From an uncultured Gemmatimonadota bacterium (GTDB lineage Bacteria; JAAXHH01): 64,000 nt of DNA. Both the position numbers and the translations under genes were made by a program. The first letter of the stretch is position 1, and each line of letters starts with the position of its first letter. Location: positions 44,394 through 108,393 of the forward strand of contig CAZQGS010000039.1 in the NCBI GenBank assembly GCA_964593235.1. Direction: 5' to 3'. Shown piece by piece: positions 60,698-64,000 of this stretch. A model generated the notes under the pieces. The model did not search any database, was not told the origin of the DNA, and saw only the letters and a list, made by a program, of their open reading frames with translations.

Positions 60698-62152
60698 TTA
60701 GTTTTTGGGAGGAGGTGGTTTAGATGTTGTATGAATCATTTCTTTATAGATGTCCGCATAAGTTTTATCTCGAGGAACACAACCCACGGGAAACTGACCA
60801 AGCGCATTATGTTTACCACGCATCAGAGCCGTACAATAGCTGACGGTGATGCAACTTTTTTTGCTTAACATTTCGCCATGCTCAGAAATGTCTTTAGCAA
60901 AATCAGGATAGGCTAGGGCTCCTCGCCCCGAACCCATAATTGTAACTCGCTGATCCCGTATATTAGCAGCACCGGCATTAACCATGTATTTTTGTAACCA
61001 GCTGTATCCGGTACCTACAATGTTAAGCCCAGGACAGGCATTCTTAATTGCTGTTGTCGCACGAAAGTGCCTAGCAACACCGAAGAGTGGATGTTCGGGA
61101 GCCTCATAACCATCGACAGGGGATCGTTCCGCTGGCCTACCTAAATGAGGATTATAGTAGGGACTTCCCATTGTAACATTAATCATCTGAACACCTGCAT
61201 CTCTCAACAATCCAGAAATTGCAACTGGTTCCGCGAGATTCTCATTAAGCGGATCATTAGCGTCAACTCCGAAACCAGCGAGACAGGGCTCTGGATATGG
61301 CAATCGGGGGATTCCTTGGCCGCTATCAACATCAGTTATATAGGGAATACCATCATAGACATTCATTCGGCTGGCAAGAAGTAGTTGGTCATTAGTTTCC
61401 TCACGAATTCGGCCAATAACATTACGTACCAGCCGGGTTCGATTCTCCAGACTCCCTCCATATGGGCCCTTTCGTAATTTTGCAGCTAATAGTTCAGACA
61501 GCAAGTAACGATGGCACTGTTTAATATCAACAAAGTCAAAACCCACTTTCCATGCCAGAAGAGCAGTATTTACTATAGCATCCTCTACTCGGCTAAGATC
61601 GGAATCAGACAGTATAGGATAGTCGTTAGTAATAGGAATCTTTCGTTTTTTATCTACCCAGGTGACTGGATCGACTGCTGGATCATGAAACACTATTAGA
61701 GGTTTTTTGTAGCTATATCGGCCTGAATGAGTAAGTTGCAAACCAACAACTAAATCATCATTAGAACCATAGACTTTCTTATGAGCAGACCGAGTTCCCT
61801 CAAGCAATTTTTCGAAGGAACCGACGTTCTGATCGTTAAGCCAAAGTTGACGGGTATTCGCCCGAGCCTCTTCTAAAACGGCTGTCGCTTCTCCCCAAAT
61901 TAATTTTGCCCCACCTTCACCAAATAATCTCCAACGGCGGAAAACCAGTTCATCAGGCGATCCATCAAGCTGCCCATCACATCCCTCCATAGGATTTACT
62001 GCTATAGAATTTCCGATGGTACGAGAACCAAATTGCACCGGGTTCCAGAGAGGACTTAGGTCAGTCTCTAAAGGAATCTCATTGTTTAGACCAAGTTTAT
62101 CAATATCTTTTTGAAGATCATCAAGTGACCTATAACGAAAATGTTTTGGCAT
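60698..62152 (-). CDS. Old-Yellow-Enzyme-like FMN oxidoreductase (2,4-dienoyl-CoA reductase / NADH:flavin oxidoreductase family) with Cys-rich C-terminal extension
   Basis: OYE blocks GGAKLIWGEATAV...LQLTHSGR and FDFVDIKQCHRYLLSELL...YGGSLENRTRL. The ORF is 484 aa, longer than classic OYE, with a C-terminal C-x5-C...C cluster. Confidence 0.6.
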   Translation of the reverse strand: MPKHFRYRSLDDLQKDIDKLGLNNEIPLETDLSPLWNPVQFGSRTIGNSIAVNPMEGCDGQLDGSPDELVFRRWRLFGEGGAKLIWGEATAVLEEARANTRQLWLNDQNVGSFEKLLEGTRSAHKKVYGSNDDLVVGLQLTHSGRYSYKKPLIVFHDPAVDPVTWVDKKRKIPITNDYPILSDSDLSRVEDAIVNTALLAWKVGFDFVDIKQCHRYLLSELLAAKLRKGPYGGSLENRTRLVRNVIGRIREETNDQLLLASRMNVYDGIPYITDVDSGQGIPRLPYPEPCLAGFGVDANDPLNENLAEPVAISGLLRDAGVQMINVTMGSPYYNPHLGRPAERSPVDGYEAPEHPLFGVARHFRATTAIKNACPGLNIVGTGYSWLQKYMVNAGAANIRDQRVTIMGSGRGALAYPDFAKDISEHGEMLSKKSCITVSYCTALMRGKHNALGQFPVGCVPRDKTYADIYKEMIHTTSKPPPPKN

Positions 62153-62218
62153 GTATTGTCCGTTTCTAGATTAAATAGGAAAAGAGGCCTGTTAACACCC
62201 ATTTTTGAGACACGTTCA

Positions 62219-63331
62219 TTACTTTGAATACCAACGTTTTAAGACCTGTTCCGCTTCTTTATTTTGTGGGCTAAATTCTATTAGTGTTTGGGTTATATGG
62301 TCTGGATTAGAGAACCACTTCCAGATGAACAAACCCCGGAACCAACTTAGATTACCAACAGTTCTAAATAATGCTTCATATGCATTGACTTGTTCCTTTT
62401 GGCCAAGGTCATGATCTCCCGCACCAACTTTAGTAATCGCTTGACGGTTATTCTTTGGCCATTCCCATGGTCGAATCGTTGTCCCAGGTGAGTTTTTATA
62501 CCCCACCTCGGTAAAGATAACAGGCTTAGAATACTGGTGAGATAGCTGGCTAATACGATCAATATGAGGTTTCCAACCAGCGATAATGTCCGACACACTC
62601 GGTGCTTCTTGATCTGTTAGAGGGAAATATGCATTTATTCCGATATAGTCAAGATCTAACCATAGATTGATAAGATCATAATCCTCATGCCAATTTGCAG
62701 CATATGTGAGTTTTCCTGAATAAACCTTTCTAACTTCTGCAATGAGAGCTTTCCAGTAAAAGGGTCGGGAACGCACAGGTTTAGATAGTTCAGTTGCTAT
62801 ACAAAATATGTTAACTCCTTCTTCCTGGGCTAGTCGAGCATAATGCAAGATAAACTTTGTATAATCCCGTTCCCATTGCTGCCACTCAGCAACAGATTTA
62901 AAATTAATAATACCAATCCAGCCTTTTTCTACCGAATTAGTCAACCAAAGATGGGGTTTAAGCATCACCCGGAAGCCTATTTTTTTTGCTTTCTTGATAG
63001 TTTCACGTAGAGCCCTATCATATTTGCTTTTGGATTTGGGGCGATAATTTAACCTTATTGAAGGGCTCTTATGATCTACCATAAAGCCGAAAGGAGTTAA
63101 TCCTAACCAGTTAATACCGAGGTCCTGAGCAGCTTCCAAAGCACTATCAGGAATTGGGCGTTGTCCACCCACCCAGGACACTCCCTTATAAAAATTTTTT
63201 AAAGCAAATGATGGTTTTTGAATAGGTGGCGCATGTTGGGAAAATACTTTTGTGCTTCCTGCATTGCCAACTTGATCACAGCCGAGTAAAAAGTAAGAGA
63301 TCAAAATTATTACAAATCTATTAACGGTCAT
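62219..63331 (-). CDS. lipoprotein glycoside hydrolase, clan GH-A-like TIM barrel
   Basis: Lipoprotein signal (…LLGCDQ). Candidate acid/base N-W-H-E and nucleophile in VIFTEVGY, spaced as in (beta/alpha)8 GH-A enzymes. The family is not assignable by eye. Confidence 0.45.
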   Translation of the reverse strand: MTVNRFVIILISYFLLGCDQVGNAGSTKVFSQHAPPIQKPSFALKNFYKGVSWVGGQRPIPDSALEAAQDLGINWLGLTPFGFMVDHKSPSIRLNYRPKSKSKYDRALRETIKKAKKIGFRVMLKPHLWLTNSVEKGWIGIINFKSVAEWQQWERDYTKFILHYARLAQEEGVNIFCIATELSKPVRSRPFYWKALIAEVRKVYSGKLTYAANWHEDYDLINLWLDLDYIGINAYFPLTDQEAPSVSDIIAGWKPHIDRISQLSHQYSKPVIFTEVGYKNSPGTTIRPWEWPKNNRQAITKVGAGDHDLGQKEQVNAYEALFRTVGNLSWFRGLFIWKWFSNPDHITQTLIEFSPQNKEAEQVLKRWYSK

Positions 63332-63340
63332 ATTGCTAAA

Positions 63341-64000
63341 TTACCTTTGATCAAGAAATTGATCTGGACCCTTAGCTATAAGTGTTCCTAGGTTTTCACC
63401 CCGACATAGACGCTCCATTGACCCTGACGATTTAAAGTTGAATACATGAATTGGCAAATTGTTATCTCGAGCCAAAAGGACAGCGGCCTGGTCCATTACT
63501 TTTAGGTTATTCTGAATTACTGAATCATAGCTAATTACCTCATATCGCCTAGCATCTGAATTCTTTTGAGGATCACTTGTATAGATCCCATCCGTCCCGT
63601 TTTTAGCTGATAGTAATACTTGTGACCGCAATTCCAAAGCTCGGAGGACCGAGGGATAATCTGTAGTTACGTAGGGATTCCCCGATCCTGCTGCGAGAAG
63701 AACTATACTACGTCTTTCCAGGTGTCGGATTGCACGAAGTCGAATATAGGGTTCAGCAACCGAGTTAATAGGAATAGCTGTCATAACTCTGACATCAACA
63801 TCCCCACGGGAAGTCAGAGCACCTCGAAGCATCATGCTATTTATAACCGTTGCTATCATCCCTATATTATCAGCTTCGGCCCTCTCAATACCCCACCCTT
63901 GGCCAAGTTCTCCTCTGAATATGTTGCCTCCTCCAATTACAATACCGACTTCTACTCCTGCCGCATGTAAAGTCATAACTTCGTTAGCTATTGCCTCTAT
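63341..64000 (-). CDS. pyrH: UMP kinase, C-terminal portion (N-terminus lies beyond window end)
   Basis: GIVIGGGNIFRG, MIATVINSM...L and TTDYPSVLRA are PyrH blocks. The frame remains open to the last base of the window. Confidence 0.85.
   Translation of the reverse strand: MEAIANEVMTLHAAGVEVGIVIGGGNIFRGELGQGWGIERAEADNIGMIATVINSMMLRGALTSRGDVDVRVMTAIPINSVAEPYIRLRAIRHLERRSIVLLAAGSGNPYVTTDYPSVLRALELRSQVLLSAKNGTDGIYTSDPQKNSDARRYEVISYDSVIQNNLKVMDQAAVLLARDNNLPIHVFNFKSSGSMERLCRGENLGTLIAKGPDQFLDQR

Noticed and set aside
1-64000. Searched for CRISPR arrays, tRNA/rRNA genes, IS elements/transposases/integrases and long direct or inverted repeats
   Set aside because: No regularly spaced repeats, no tRNA-like T-arm/anticodon structures in any intergenic gap (the largest gaps are 230-370 nt and AT-rich), and no ORF with transposase/recombinase motifs. 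The window appears to be core/accessory chromosome without mobile DNA.

Overview
The window is 64 kb of AT-rich (about 40% GC) bacterial chromosome. It is densely coding, and no rRNA, tRNA, CRISPR array, transposase or integrase is recognisable. Several markers point to a diderm of the FCB-group type (Bacteroidota, Ignavibacteriota, Marinimicrobia and relatives):
- the bamA-skp-lpxD-lpxC/fabZ-lpxA operon, with LpxC and FabZ fused into one protein;
- the lolCD lipoprotein-release genes;
- a Firmicutes-style mcsA-mcsB-clpC protein-quality-control module.
The housekeeping content is rsmI, mobA, hemE-hemY, the three-gene transhydrogenase pntAA-pntAB-pntB, purT, lysS, prfB and a partial pyrH.
The accessory content is more unusual:
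- Five paralogous PhyH-family Fe(II)/2-oxoglutarate dioxygenases sit in one window. Two of them lie in tandem directly upstream of a thiamine-diphosphate enzyme of the acetolactate-synthase / 2-hydroxyacyl-CoA-lyase family and an MlrC (M81) hydrolase, followed by an EamA exporter. This architecture recalls the eukaryotic phytanoyl-CoA alpha-oxidation pair PHYH + HACL1 and is the strongest candidate for an undescribed pathway in this window.
- A second lipid- or xenobiotic-catabolism-flavoured cluster carries an SDR, DUF423, a second MlrC, a large PlsB/GPAT-like acyltransferase with an unknown N-terminal domain, an enolase-superfamily enzyme, a neutral-ceramidase-like protein and an OYE/2,4-dienoyl-CoA-reductase-like flavoprotein.
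- Other items worth a look: HemE with a roughly 150 aa N-terminal extension; a DsbD/ScsB-like reductase next to a monothiol thioredoxin-fold protein; a 916 aa DUF5916/CBM9-like secreted protein; prfB without the programmed frameshift; a C9 homopolymer inside the acyl-CoA synthetase gene.
All functional calls rest on motif recognition by eye; nothing was searched against a database.
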